Of a stretch of 24,000 bases of DNA, positions 16,078 through 24,000 are shown piece by piece (positions within the stretch are counted from its first letter, which is position 1; each line of letters opens with the position of its first letter). This DNA is from Chromatiales bacterium (GTDB lineage Bacteria; Pseudomonadota; Gammaproteobacteria; JACCXJ01). The translations under genes were made by a program, and so were the position numbers. Where the stretch lies: the NCBI GenBank assembly GCA_043673815.1, contig JBIMKD010000272.1:1-24000 (forward strand). The letters run 5' to 3'. The notes under the pieces are model-generated. The model was given only the letters and a program-made list of their open reading frames with translations, was not told the DNA's origin and did not search any database.

Positions 16078-16590
16078 ATGTATAACACAACTCCGGTAAG
16101 AATTGCCGTCTTTACCTGCGCGTTGACACTCGCAATTTCCGGCTGCGAGTCGGAGAAACCTGCCGTCGCGGAAGCGCCGAAGCCTGCCGTCGCGCCCCCC
16201 GCGCCCGTGCCAGCCGCATCCCGGCCGCTGTTCGAGCGCTTGGGCGGGCAAGAGGGGCTCACGGCCATCGTCGACGGACTCATGTCTAATATAGGCGCGG
16301 ACCCGCGGACCAGGCCTTACTTCACGAACGTCGATCTTCGCCGCTTCAAGACCAAGATGGTGGAATACCTGTGCGAGCAGACCGGGGGCCCCTGCAAGTA
16401 TACCGGCGGGGAGATGAAGGCCCGGCATGAACCGCACCAGATCGGCGATGCCGAATTCGACGCCTTCATGGAAGACCTGACAAAGAGCCTCGATAATAAA
16501 CAGGTCGCGCAGTCCGATAAGGATGAGCTCTTGGGGATCCTCGGCAAGCTGAGACCGGATGTGGTGGCCACCTATGGCGCCGGGCCCTGA
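16078..16590 (+). CDS. Truncated haemoglobin (group 1-like) with lipoprotein signal peptide
   Basis: MYNTTPVRIAVFTCALTLAISGC lipobox, Ala/Pro linker, then SRPLFERLGGQEGLTAIVDGLMSNIGADPRTRPYF...LCEQTGGPCKYTGGEMKARHEPHQIGDAEFDAFMEDL. Confidence 0.92.
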   Translation: MYNTTPVRIAVFTCALTLAISGCESEKPAVAEAPKPAVAPPAPVPAASRPLFERLGGQEGLTAIVDGLMSNIGADPRTRPYFTNVDLRRFKTKMVEYLCEQTGGPCKYTGGEMKARHEPHQIGDAEFDAFMEDLTKSLDNKQVAQSDKDELLGILGKLRPDVVATYGAGP

Positions 16591-16640
16591 CGCATCCCCC
16601 GCAACGCAAGGCGCCGCCGCGCTGCGGCGGGCTATAAGAA

Positions 16641-17690
16641 TCACAACGCTTGGCGCTCATCCTCGGTAAAGAGCCGTAGGCGGTAAAGGCGCCAGGGGCC
16701 GGCATCCGCCCGCCGGCACATCCCGAAACGGAATGGAGGGAGCATCCCTGGCAGCGTGTAACGCAGATCGGTGAACCATACGCAGCCCTCTGCCCCGGCG
16801 CGGTCGACACGGTACAATGCGGGAAAACGCGCGAACTCGCGAAAACCTGCGAAGCCGTCCTGCGACCAGACCTCGCGCGCGAGCGGCGCCGTGCGGGGAT
16901 CGGCGCCGAAGCGCGGGTAGCGCGTCCAGCGCGCGGCGTCAGGCGCTACATAGGCGGCTGCCGTGGATGGAAATAGCCACGCGCCGGGGGACGCGAGCCC
17001 GTCCGGCCCGGCGAGCCGAAGATGGGTTTCGTAAACATCGAGCTCTCGTGAGACGATGATTTTCCAGTTGAACGGCGAGAACGGCTGCGCGATGGCGTGA
17101 ATCCCGGCCTCGCCGAGCGCCCGGCCGCGGACATAGGCGTGTCCGATGGCGAGCGCTTGTGTGTAGAGGAAATACTGCAAGCCGAGATAACTCCCGAGCA
17201 CGCCTAACGCCACGATCGCCGCGCGCCGGGCGTTCCATTTGAAAGAGACCACTAGCCCGATCAGGAGCATCCCGGAGAAAATGGGATCGATGACATAGGT
17301 GATCGGCAGGGTAACCCGGTGTTCCGAAAACGGCGCCCAGATCTGCGTGCCGTAGGCCGTAATCAAATCGCCCCCGATATGCGCGCTGATCCCGAGCACG
17401 CATAGCGGATAAAAAGCTTGCCATCCGTGCTCGCCGCGTAGCAGATACGGGCACGCCACAGCCACCAGACCCGCCCACAGCGGCATCAGCACCAGAGAAT
17501 GCGTCAGCCCTTGGTGTAGATTGAGATAGATCAGCGGAGCGGCCCAAAAAACCAGATAATCGATGTCGGGAAACGCCGCCGCGATAAAACCCGCCGACAC
17601 TCGTTGGCGCACGGGCACGCTGACAAATCGTGCCGCGCCGATGGCCTGGACCAGCAAAGCGCCGCTCAGGCCATGGGTGAAGGTATCCAA
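16641..17690 (-). CDS. YdjM-like membrane-bound metal-dependent hydrolase
   Basis: MDTFTHGLSGALL, AAAFPDIDYLVF, HQGLTHSLVLMPL, SAHIGGDLITAYGTQIWAPFS with multiple TM segments. Confidence 0.85.
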   Translation of the reverse strand: MDTFTHGLSGALLVQAIGAARFVSVPVRQRVSAGFIAAAFPDIDYLVFWAAPLIYLNLHQGLTHSLVLMPLWAGLVAVACPYLLRGEHGWQAFYPLCVLGISAHIGGDLITAYGTQIWAPFSEHRVTLPITYVIDPIFSGMLLIGLVVSFKWNARRAAIVALGVLGSYLGLQYFLYTQALAIGHAYVRGRALGEAGIHAIAQPFSPFNWKIIVSRELDVYETHLRLAGPDGLASPGAWLFPSTAAAYVAPDAARWTRYPRFGADPRTAPLAREVWSQDGFAGFREFARFPALYRVDRAGAEGCVWFTDLRYTLPGMLPPFRFGMCRRADAGPWRLYRLRLFTEDERQAL

Positions 17691-17699
17691 CCAAGAGAT

Positions 17700-18323
17700 C
17701 TAAGCGGGCGGTTCGAGGCCACTACCGGGCACTGCCGCGCTTGGCCCCACCGTCGCGTGGGCGAAGCGTTCCGCGATGCCGAGCAGGCGCTCGAGCAACG
17801 CCTCCGTCGCGCCCGATCCCCGTGAATCGTCCCACATCCAGTAGCAGAACGTCGTGAGGTAAATGCCGGTCGTCGCCACCTCCTCAAATGCTCGTTGCAC
17901 ATAGGCGGCGTCGCGATGCGCCGCCTCGCGGAACCACTGCACGGTGCGGCTCACGCGCATGATCCCCGGAATCTGGATATGCAAGTGGCCCGGTTCGAGC
18001 TTGCCGGAGATCATCTGCCGGGTGACGCGCCGGTGCGGCGCTAAGGCGTTGAGCCAGGCCATGATGACGCGCTGCAAGCGTCGCCGGGTCGTCAGGCTAA
18101 GAAAGCCGGGCGCCGTGGCGGCGTGCAGCATCGCGGCGTCCGCACGGTCGAACCAGGCCTCGACGATATCCTCCTTTTCGCGGAAATAAACGCGCAGCTC
18201 ATCGAGCGTGATCCCCGCGGCCTCGGCCACCTCATGCAGGCGCACCACTTCCCACGAGCGCGGCTCGGCTAAAGCGAGGGCGGTATCAACGATCCTCTGT
18301 TTGAGATCCTGTTCGGGGTCCAA
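17700..18323 (-). CDS. TetR/AcrR-family transcriptional regulator
   Basis: 207 aa; QRIVDTALALAEPRSWEVVRLHEVAEAAGITLDELRVYFREKEDIVEAWFDRAD HTH N-terminus. Confidence 0.85.
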   Translation of the reverse strand: MDPEQDLKQRIVDTALALAEPRSWEVVRLHEVAEAAGITLDELRVYFREKEDIVEAWFDRADAAMLHAATAPGFLSLTTRRRLQRVIMAWLNALAPHRRVTRQMISGKLEPGHLHIQIPGIMRVSRTVQWFREAAHRDAAYVQRAFEEVATTGIYLTTFCYWMWDDSRGSGATEALLERLLGIAERFAHATVGPSAAVPGSGLEPPA

Positions 18324-18380
18324 CTGCGTGCGCTAAGGGTGACGATGGTACCTATGCTCAAGTATAGCGTTTAATTCTGA

Positions 18381-18484
18381 ATACCCACCGTTTACGGCGG
18401 GCACTTTAGCATTGGGGTTTCCAAACGGGGAGTCGTGCAACTCTCCCAGCGCTTGCCGGCACTACCGCGAAGGCGGAAACTATG
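18381..18484 (+). repeat. Copy B of a multi-hairpin element upstream of the MinD-like gene
   Basis: ACGGCGGGCACTTTAGCATTGGGGTTTCCAAACGGGGAGTCGTGCAACTCTCCC...TACCGCGAAGGCGGAAACTATG aligned to the minus strand of 11460..11331. Confidence 0.65.
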
Positions 18485-18569
18485 AAAAACCGGCGTAGTT
18501 CCAACGTCGTTCTGCGCTTCAAATGCTTAGTTCGGCCCTAACACGCGCCTGAGGGCGGAGGAGAAAAAA

Positions 18570-19334
18570 ATGGGCGAACGGAAAATCGTCACCATCCACT
18601 CCTATCGCGGCGGGACGGGGAAATCCAACATAACCGCCAACATCGCCGTTTGTGCTGAGGCAGCCGGCAAACGGGTGGCGGTGCTCGATACGGATCTGCA
18701 ATCGCCCGGGATCCACATCCTCTTCAACTTCGATCAAGAGCGGATCAAACTGACCTTATACGACTTCTTGCGGGGCAAGTGCACCATTGCCCAAGTCGCT
18801 TACGACGTCTCCGAGCATGGCAGTCCCGAAACCCCAGGGAAATGCTGGTTGGTACCGGCATCGTTGAACGCTCAGGCCATTACACAGCTCCTCGATGAAG
18901 GCTACGATATCAACCGGCTGAGCGACAACTTTGATGAATTGCTGGACGCCTTCGACCTCGATTACTTGTTCATCGACACCCACCCGGGGCTGAATAAGGA
19001 AACCATGCTCGCCGCCACGCTCTCGGACGTCCTGATCATCCTGATCCGGCCCGATCAGCAGGACTACTACGGCACGGCCGTATTGACCGAAATCGCGGCC
19101 AAGCTCGAGGTCCCAAAGGTTTACCTCATTGCCAATAAGGTGTACGCACGGCTCGATCCGGCCGAGCTACGGGCGCGCCTGCAAGAGGTCTTTGGCTGTG
19201 AGGTCCTGGGGTTGATCCCTTTGAGCGAAGACTTTGCTGAGCTCGCGAGCGAAGGCCTGTTCGTCCATCGCTATCCCGAGCACCCAATCAGCCTCAGCAT
19301 CCGGGACATTACCCAGCGTATACTGAGCACATGA
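18570..19334 (+). CDS. MinD/ParA-family P-loop ATPase
   Basis: 254 aa; KIVTIHSYRGGTGKSNITANIAVCAEAAGKRVAVLDTDLQSPGIH, YLFIDTHPGLNKETM, VLIILIRPDQQDYYGT. Confidence 0.92.
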   Translation: MGERKIVTIHSYRGGTGKSNITANIAVCAEAAGKRVAVLDTDLQSPGIHILFNFDQERIKLTLYDFLRGKCTIAQVAYDVSEHGSPETPGKCWLVPASLNAQAITQLLDEGYDINRLSDNFDELLDAFDLDYLFIDTHPGLNKETMLAATLSDVLIILIRPDQQDYYGTAVLTEIAAKLEVPKVYLIANKVYARLDPAELRARLQEVFGCEVLGLIPLSEDFAELASEGLFVHRYPEHPISLSIRDITQRILST

Positions 19335-19383
19335 ATCCCGGCCGCCCGATGTCGATCGAGGCGTCATTCCCCGGTCGCTGATA

Positions 19384-20379
19384 ATGGCCACCGATCAAGA
19401 CCATGTCGCGCAGCTCATAGCGCAGCGCGAAGAGATCGAGGCGTCCTGCAATCCCTCACACTACCGTGTTCTAAAGCGCATTGCATCCAACCCGGACAAC
19501 CATCTGGCGATCGGCTTTGGTGCCGGAAGTGCGCCTGGCCTGGCCGGCAACCTCGCCCTTGCGGGTCTACTGAATGAGCTCGGGCTGCGACCGTTTATCA
19601 AGGAGATCTGGGGCGTCTCGGTGGGTGCCATCGTTGGTGGAGGCTGGAGTACCGGGCTATCCGTCGACCATATGCTGTCGCTCGCCGACGAGCTCGATCG
19701 CAAGGGCGCTGTGGATTTTGCTCGTTGGGAAGTCCTGGGGGCGGGACTGGCGCGTCTGCTTCTTTTCAAGCAATTACCCGACGGTCTGGTGCGCGGCCGC
19801 CGCTTTCGTCAGGCGATAGAACGCGGGCTTCCGGTCCAGCGCTTGGAAGACTGTGAAATACCCTTTCGTGCGATCGCCTGCACCGATGATGGGTATGCCC
19901 AAAAAGTCATCTTCCGCCAGGGGCCGTTAGTAAATGCCATCACGGCATCGATGTGCATCCCCGGCGTGCTGTTTCCGATCGCCGACTGGAACGGTCGAGA
20001 GCACGGTTATTTCGATGGCGCCGTGGTCGAAAAGACGCCCCTGCCTTCCATCATCGAAGAGCACCATCGGGAGGGGCGCAAGAGCCAACTGGTGGTGATC
20101 TGCACCCATTTCAGCGACTCGGGGCGCATCACGAAACCGGTGGGGTTTATTCAGCGCATGTTAAACGCCATGCACCACTTACAAGATGAGGTCTGGGAAT
20201 ACCAGGCGCTGAAGGCGCGCGAGGCGTCCAATTGCAAGTTTCTGGTCCTGAATCCGCACATGAAAGAGGGTACGGCCTTCGATTTTTCTGTGGTACGCTT
20301 CAACTATCTCTGGGCGAGAAAGATGTTCAAAGAACAACTCTCCAACGCCAAGCTCGCCACCCGTTTCGAGGCGAGGTGA
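19384..20379 (+). CDS. Patatin-like phospholipase
   Basis: 331 aa; lipase nucleophile elbow GVSVGAIVGGGWSTG, oxyanion region AIGFGAGSAPGLAGNLALAGLLNELG, and DG dyad EHGYFDGAVVEKTPL. Confidence 0.88.
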   Translation: MATDQDHVAQLIAQREEIEASCNPSHYRVLKRIASNPDNHLAIGFGAGSAPGLAGNLALAGLLNELGLRPFIKEIWGVSVGAIVGGGWSTGLSVDHMLSLADELDRKGAVDFARWEVLGAGLARLLLFKQLPDGLVRGRRFRQAIERGLPVQRLEDCEIPFRAIACTDDGYAQKVIFRQGPLVNAITASMCIPGVLFPIADWNGREHGYFDGAVVEKTPLPSIIEEHHREGRKSQLVVICTHFSDSGRITKPVGFIQRMLNAMHHLQDEVWEYQALKAREASNCKFLVLNPHMKEGTAFDFSVVRFNYLWARKMFKEQLSNAKLATRFEAR

Positions 20380-20389
20380 AAGAGGTGAC

Positions 20390-22525
20390 ATGCCCGACCC
20401 AACTGAGCAGAAGGTAGCGACAGGGGTTGAGCAGGATGCTCAGGCGCAAGAGTCTGGCGCAGCTTCCTCTGCCACCCTTCGCCATGATTTGAGCCAACCG
20501 TTAAACCACATCCTCGGTTATAGCGAACTGTTATTGGAGGAGGCCAAGGGCGGGCAGCTAGAAACCTTCAGTGTTGATCTCCAGAAGATCCACACGGCCG
20601 CCACCACGCTCTTAGCCCTCATCGATTCGGTAGTTGTTTCGCCCAAACCCGGATCTGGCCCTCTGTCACCTGTCCCGCGTGTAGCCGGCGATCAATTCCA
20701 GCAACGAACTAAAGAACCCGACAGAGTGCCCGCGAGCGCTGGGCGTGAGATAGCCGCTCGCTCATTCGGGCACCTTATGGTCGTGGACGACGATGCGGTT
20801 AACCGCGACCTGCTGTCCAGGCGTTTGCGGCAGCAAGGCTATCAGGTCAGCATCGCAGAGCATGGCCGTCGGGCCTTGGAGTTGATCAAGGCCCAGCCGG
20901 TCGATCTCGTGTTACTCGATGTGCTCATGCCGGAGATGGATGGGTTCACCACCTGTGAGCGCCTCAAGGCAGATCCCGGAACCCAGAATATTCCAGTCAT
21001 CTTCATGACCGCACTGACCGACATCGTCGACAAGGTGAAGGGGTTTGAGCTCGGGGCCGTCGATTACATCACCAAGCCCTTCCAGCAGGAGGAGGTGCTC
21101 GCGCGCATTACCACCCATCTCGCACTCCAGCGGTTAAAGAGGAGCGTTCAGGAAAGCGAGGAACGGCTGTCGCGGATCATCGAGAGCGCAATGGACGCGA
21201 TCATTACGCTCGATGAAGCAGGTCGTATCGTCCTCTTCAATCGAGCGGCCGAGCGGGTGTTCCGCTGCCAGGCAACAGATACCATCGGCGGACCTGGTAA
21301 ACGGTTTTTCTCTGAAGGGTTGTACCGGGTGCTCGGCGAGTACGCGGGCGCGGACGAGACCCGCCCGAAGGTCCCCATCTGGGTGCCCGAGGGACACAGC
21401 GCGCTGCGCGCCGATGGCGAGGCCTTCCCCGTCGAGGCCACCATCTCCCATGCCGAGGCCAACGGCCAGCCGCTCTACACGCTTATCCTCCGCGATGTGC
21501 AGGAGCGCCACAAAGCGGAGGCCGAGCGCCGGCAGTTGCAGGGTCTTAATCGTTACCTCCAAGAGGAGCTGCGGGTGTCCCAGGCGGAGGAGGACCTCAT
21601 CGGCGCCTCCCAGGACTTGCGCGAGGTACTGGAGAGGGTCGAGCAAGTCGCCCCCACCGCCGCCACCGTGCTCATCCAGGGCGAGACCGGCACCGGCAAG
21701 GAGCTGATCGCGTGGACCATCCATACCCTCAGCCAGCGTAAAGACAAGGTCCTGGTCAAGCTCAACTGCGCCGCCATTCCCAACGGCCTGGTCGAAAGCG
21801 AGCTCTTCGGCCACGAGAAAGGGGCCTTTACCGGGGCGCTTTCCCGCAGGCTCGGCCGCTTCGAGCTTGCTGACCAGGGGACGCTATTTCTCGATGAAGT
21901 CGGCGAGCTGCCGCTCGCGGCGCAGGCCAAGCTCCTGCGCGTATTACAGGAAGGCGAGTTCGAGCGCGTCGGTGGAAGCGAGACCCGCAAAGTCGATGTC
22001 CGCGTCATTGCCGCCACCAACCGTGACCTCGTGACCCACGTGAAGGAGGGCAGCTTCCGCCCCGATCTCTTTTACCGCCTCAACGTCTTTCCCATCACGC
22101 TACCGCCCTTGCGCCAACGCAAGAAGGACCTGCCGCTGCTCATCAAGCACTTCGTGCGTACCTATGCCGAGAAGTACGGCAAGCGCATCGAGACCGTGCC
22201 CGCCCGGGCCATGACTGCCTTGCAGGCCCATGAGTGGCCGGGTAACGTTCGGGAGCTACAGCATGTGATCGAGCGGGCACTAATCCTCACCCGCGGGGCC
22301 GAGGTCGCCTTCGATGAGGAGTTTTTAGCCTCAGGGCCAGCGGGCCAGGGGAGTCCGCCTCCCATCGAGAGATTGGAGGAAGCCGAGCGGGCACATATCC
22401 TCAAGGCCCTGGAGCTAACCGGCTGGCGGGTGAGCGGCATGGGCGGCGCGGCCGAGCGTCTCGGCCTCAAACCCTCCACCCTGGAATTCCGCATGAAGAA
22501 ACTCGGCATCACCCGCCCCGCCTGA
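20390..22525 (+). CDS. Sigma-54-dependent activator with DHp-like, receiver, PAS, AAA+ and Fis HTH domains
   Basis: LRHDLSQPLNHILGYSELL, receiver (HLMVVDDDAVNRDLL...LVLLDVLMPEMDGF...ITKPF), PAS, GETGTGKELIAWTIH, ESELFGHEKGAFTGA, LFYRLNVFPITLPPLRQRKKDLP, WPGNVRELQHVIERA, C-terminal HTH. Confidence 0.94.
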   Translation: MPDPTEQKVATGVEQDAQAQESGAASSATLRHDLSQPLNHILGYSELLLEEAKGGQLETFSVDLQKIHTAATTLLALIDSVVVSPKPGSGPLSPVPRVAGDQFQQRTKEPDRVPASAGREIAARSFGHLMVVDDDAVNRDLLSRRLRQQGYQVSIAEHGRRALELIKAQPVDLVLLDVLMPEMDGFTTCERLKADPGTQNIPVIFMTALTDIVDKVKGFELGAVDYITKPFQQEEVLARITTHLALQRLKRSVQESEERLSRIIESAMDAIITLDEAGRIVLFNRAAERVFRCQATDTIGGPGKRFFSEGLYRVLGEYAGADETRPKVPIWVPEGHSALRADGEAFPVEATISHAEANGQPLYTLILRDVQERHKAEAERRQLQGLNRYLQEELRVSQAEEDLIGASQDLREVLERVEQVAPTAATVLIQGETGTGKELIAWTIHTLSQRKDKVLVKLNCAAIPNGLVESELFGHEKGAFTGALSRRLGRFELADQGTLFLDEVGELPLAAQAKLLRVLQEGEFERVGGSETRKVDVRVIAATNRDLVTHVKEGSFRPDLFYRLNVFPITLPPLRQRKKDLPLLIKHFVRTYAEKYGKRIETVPARAMTALQAHEWPGNVRELQHVIERALILTRGAEVAFDEEFLASGPAGQGSPPPIERLEEAERAHILKALELTGWRVSGMGGAAERLGLKPSTLEFRMKKLGITRPA

Positions 22526-22532
22526 TCGCTCA

Positions 22533-22561
22533 CAATATATTGGGACGCTCCCAAAATATTG
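22533..22561. promoter_or_regulatory. 29-bp dyad, candidate activator-binding site
   Basis: CAATATATTGGGA-CGC-TCCCAAAATATTG, 13-bp arms with one mismatch, immediately after the EBP stop codon and about 130 bp upstream of the sigma-54 motif. Confidence 0.55.
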
Positions 22562-22674
22562 CGACCAGAGGTCCCTGAAGCGGGTACCGTTTCTTCCTTC
22601 GCCTTCCTTATTAGATTGCAGCAATTCTTGTTAAGACAATAGGTTAAGCATAGCTTGCCAGGGCCTTCACGCGC

Positions 22675-22691
22675 CTGGTACAGGCCTTGCG
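22675..22691 (+). promoter_or_regulatory. Candidate sigma-54 (-24/-12) promoter
   Basis: CTGGTACAGGCCTTGCG: GG at 22677-22678, exactly 10 nt, then GC at 22689-22690. Confidence 0.65.
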
Positions 22692-22769
22692 CTAGAGAAT
22701 ACTGTGCGTGTCGAGACCAAGTAAAGCTCGATCACCGAATATCTGCAGAAACAATGGAGGAGCATCTCT

Positions 22770-22892
22770 ATGAACACCCAACGTTTCACGCCCAACATGC
22801 TCTCAAAGTTTAAAAATGGCTTGAATTCGTGGATTTCGCTTTGGCATTTCCTCCTACACCTAGAAAATCCGGATTTCTACGAAGGCCGATGA
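22770..22892 (+). CDS. Candidate 40-aa small ORF coupled to nirA-like gene
   Basis: TGGAGG ribosome-binding site, then [40 protein letters not shown], stop overlapping the next ATG (ATGA). Confidence 0.5.
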   Translation: MNTQRFTPNMLSKFKNGLNSWISLWHFLLHLENPDFYEGR

Positions 22893-24000
22893 CTGACCAA
22901 GGGTTTTCTGACGCACAAAAACGCTACCTGGAGGGATTCACCAGCGGCATCCAGATTGCTCAGCGGATGCGTGGCCTGCCAGGGGCTGCGGGTGAGAGCG
23001 CCCCTGCCCAGAGGCTGAACGGGGACGCTGCACCCGCCGCCCCCGAGGCGATCCACTTCGAGGCGCAGAACCGCTTTATTGCCGAGGGCAAGAAGCTCGT
23101 CGCCGAGGAGAAGGCCAAGCGCGAGCGCCATCCCCTCGACCGCTGGGACGAGCTCATCAAGCGCGCCGAAGCGGGTGAGTTCCCTAAGGGCACGGACGTC
23201 TTTTGCACCAAGTTCCTTGGGCTCTTCTACGTGGCGCCCGCTCAGGACGCCTATATGTGTCGCCTGCGCCTGCCCAACGGCATCCTAAGCTCTCACCAGT
23301 TTTGCGGCGTCGCGGACCTCGCCGAGCGCTATGGGGGCGGCTACAGTCACGTGACCACGCGGGCGAACCTTCAACTCCGGGAGATCAAGGCGCAGGACGG
23401 GCCGAAGGTGCTCATGGGCCTCCACGAGCTCGGCATCATCAATCGCGGCGCGGGGGCTGACAACATCCGCAACGTCACCGGATCACCGACCGCGGGGATT
23501 GATCCCCAGGAGCTCATCGACACCCGCCCGCTCGCGCGCGAGCTCCATTACTACATCCTCAATCACCGGGAACTCTACGGCCTACCGCGCAAGTTCAATA
23601 TCGCCTTCGATGGCGGCGCCGCCATCAGTGTGCTTGAGGACACCAACGACATCGGCTTTGCGGCGGTGCGTGTGGCCGAGGGTAAAGCGGTGGAGCCCGG
23701 CATCTATTTCCGGCTCCAGCTTGGGGGGATCACCGGGCACGGGGACTTCGCCCGTGACACCGGCATCCTGGTCAAACCCGAGCAGTGCCTTGCGGTGGCA
23801 GCGGCGGTGGTGCGGGTGTTCATCGCACAGGGCGACCGCACGGACCGCACAAAAGCACGGCTCAAGTACGTGCTCGACCGGTGGGGCCTGGAGAAATATC
23901 TCGAGGAGACCGAGAAACACCTCTCCTTCAAGCTCATCCGCTTTCCCCTAGAGGATTGTGAACCGCGCCCGCCAGTCGACCGACTATCCCACATTGGTTT
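22889..24000 (+). CDS. nirA: Ferredoxin-nitrite/sulfite reductase family protein (NirA-like), runs off right edge
   Basis: Open frame from [29 protein letters not shown]... with [88 protein letters not shown], characteristic of nitrite/sulfite reductase ferredoxin-like and haem domains. Confidence 0.88.
   Translation, partial: MTDQGFSDAQKRYLEGFTSGIQIAQRMRGLPGAAGESAPAQRLNGDAAPAAPEAIHFEAQNRFIAEGKKLVAEEKAKRERHPLDRWDELIKRAEAGEFPKGTDVFCTKFLGLFYVAPAQDAYMCRLRLPNGILSSHQFCGVADLAERYGGGYSHVTTRANLQLREIKAQDGPKVLMGLHELGIINRGAGADNIRNVTGSPTAGIDPQELIDTRPLARELHYYILNHRELYGLPRKFNIAFDGGAAISVLEDTNDIGFAAVRVAEGKAVEPGIYFRLQLGGITGHGDFARDTGILVKPEQCLAVAAAVVRVFIAQGDRTDRTKARLKYVLDRWGLEKYLEETEKHLSFKLIRFPLEDCEPRPPVDRLSHIG

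Noticed and set aside
16939-17694. 251-aa minus-strand ORF in an alternative frame of the YdjM-like gene
   Set aside because: Same-strand shadow frame, Arg-rich; the 16641..17690 frame carries the family motifs.
1-24000. CRISPR arrays, tRNA/rRNA genes, restriction-modification or other classical defence operons, integrase gene
   Set aside because: Looked for on both strands; none could be supported from the sequence.

Overview
This is a gammaproteobacterial-looking chromosomal window. The conserved block is pdxA-surA-lptD (minus strand), with mpl further along. Other readable genes are a LytS/LytTR two-component pair, a Cys/Gly-tailed GRDP-like protein, a frameshifted S9 peptidase, a fumarylacetoacetate-hydrolase-family enzyme, a lipoprotein-type truncated haemoglobin, and a YdjM-like membrane protein with a TetR regulator. 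These are followed by a plus-strand MinD-like / patatin / sigma-54 activator cluster that leads into a NirA-type reductase running off the right edge. The left edge is mobile-element debris: the start of an IS200/IS605 tnpA and an internally deleted IS1380-like element. The observations most worth follow-up are: (1) arsI plus a Cys-tailed sigma factor lie in a unit bounded by GTTAGGC on one side and an attC-like folded site missing only the bases after the G|TTRRRY cleavage point on the other, as expected for a solitary integron cassette inserted at a secondary site; (2) a roughly 110-nt multi-hairpin element occurs twice, each about 80 nt upstream of a start codon (lptD and the minD-like gene) in the same orientation; (3) a roughly 70-nt repeat occurs twice, each copy starting exactly 6 nt after a stop codon; (4) a 29-bp dyad followed by a well-spaced sigma-54 -24/-12 motif sits between an EBP gene and a 40-codon ORF overlapping nirA; (5) a decayed DUF559 gene is bracketed by 42-43-bp inverted repeats. 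All alignments were made by eye.
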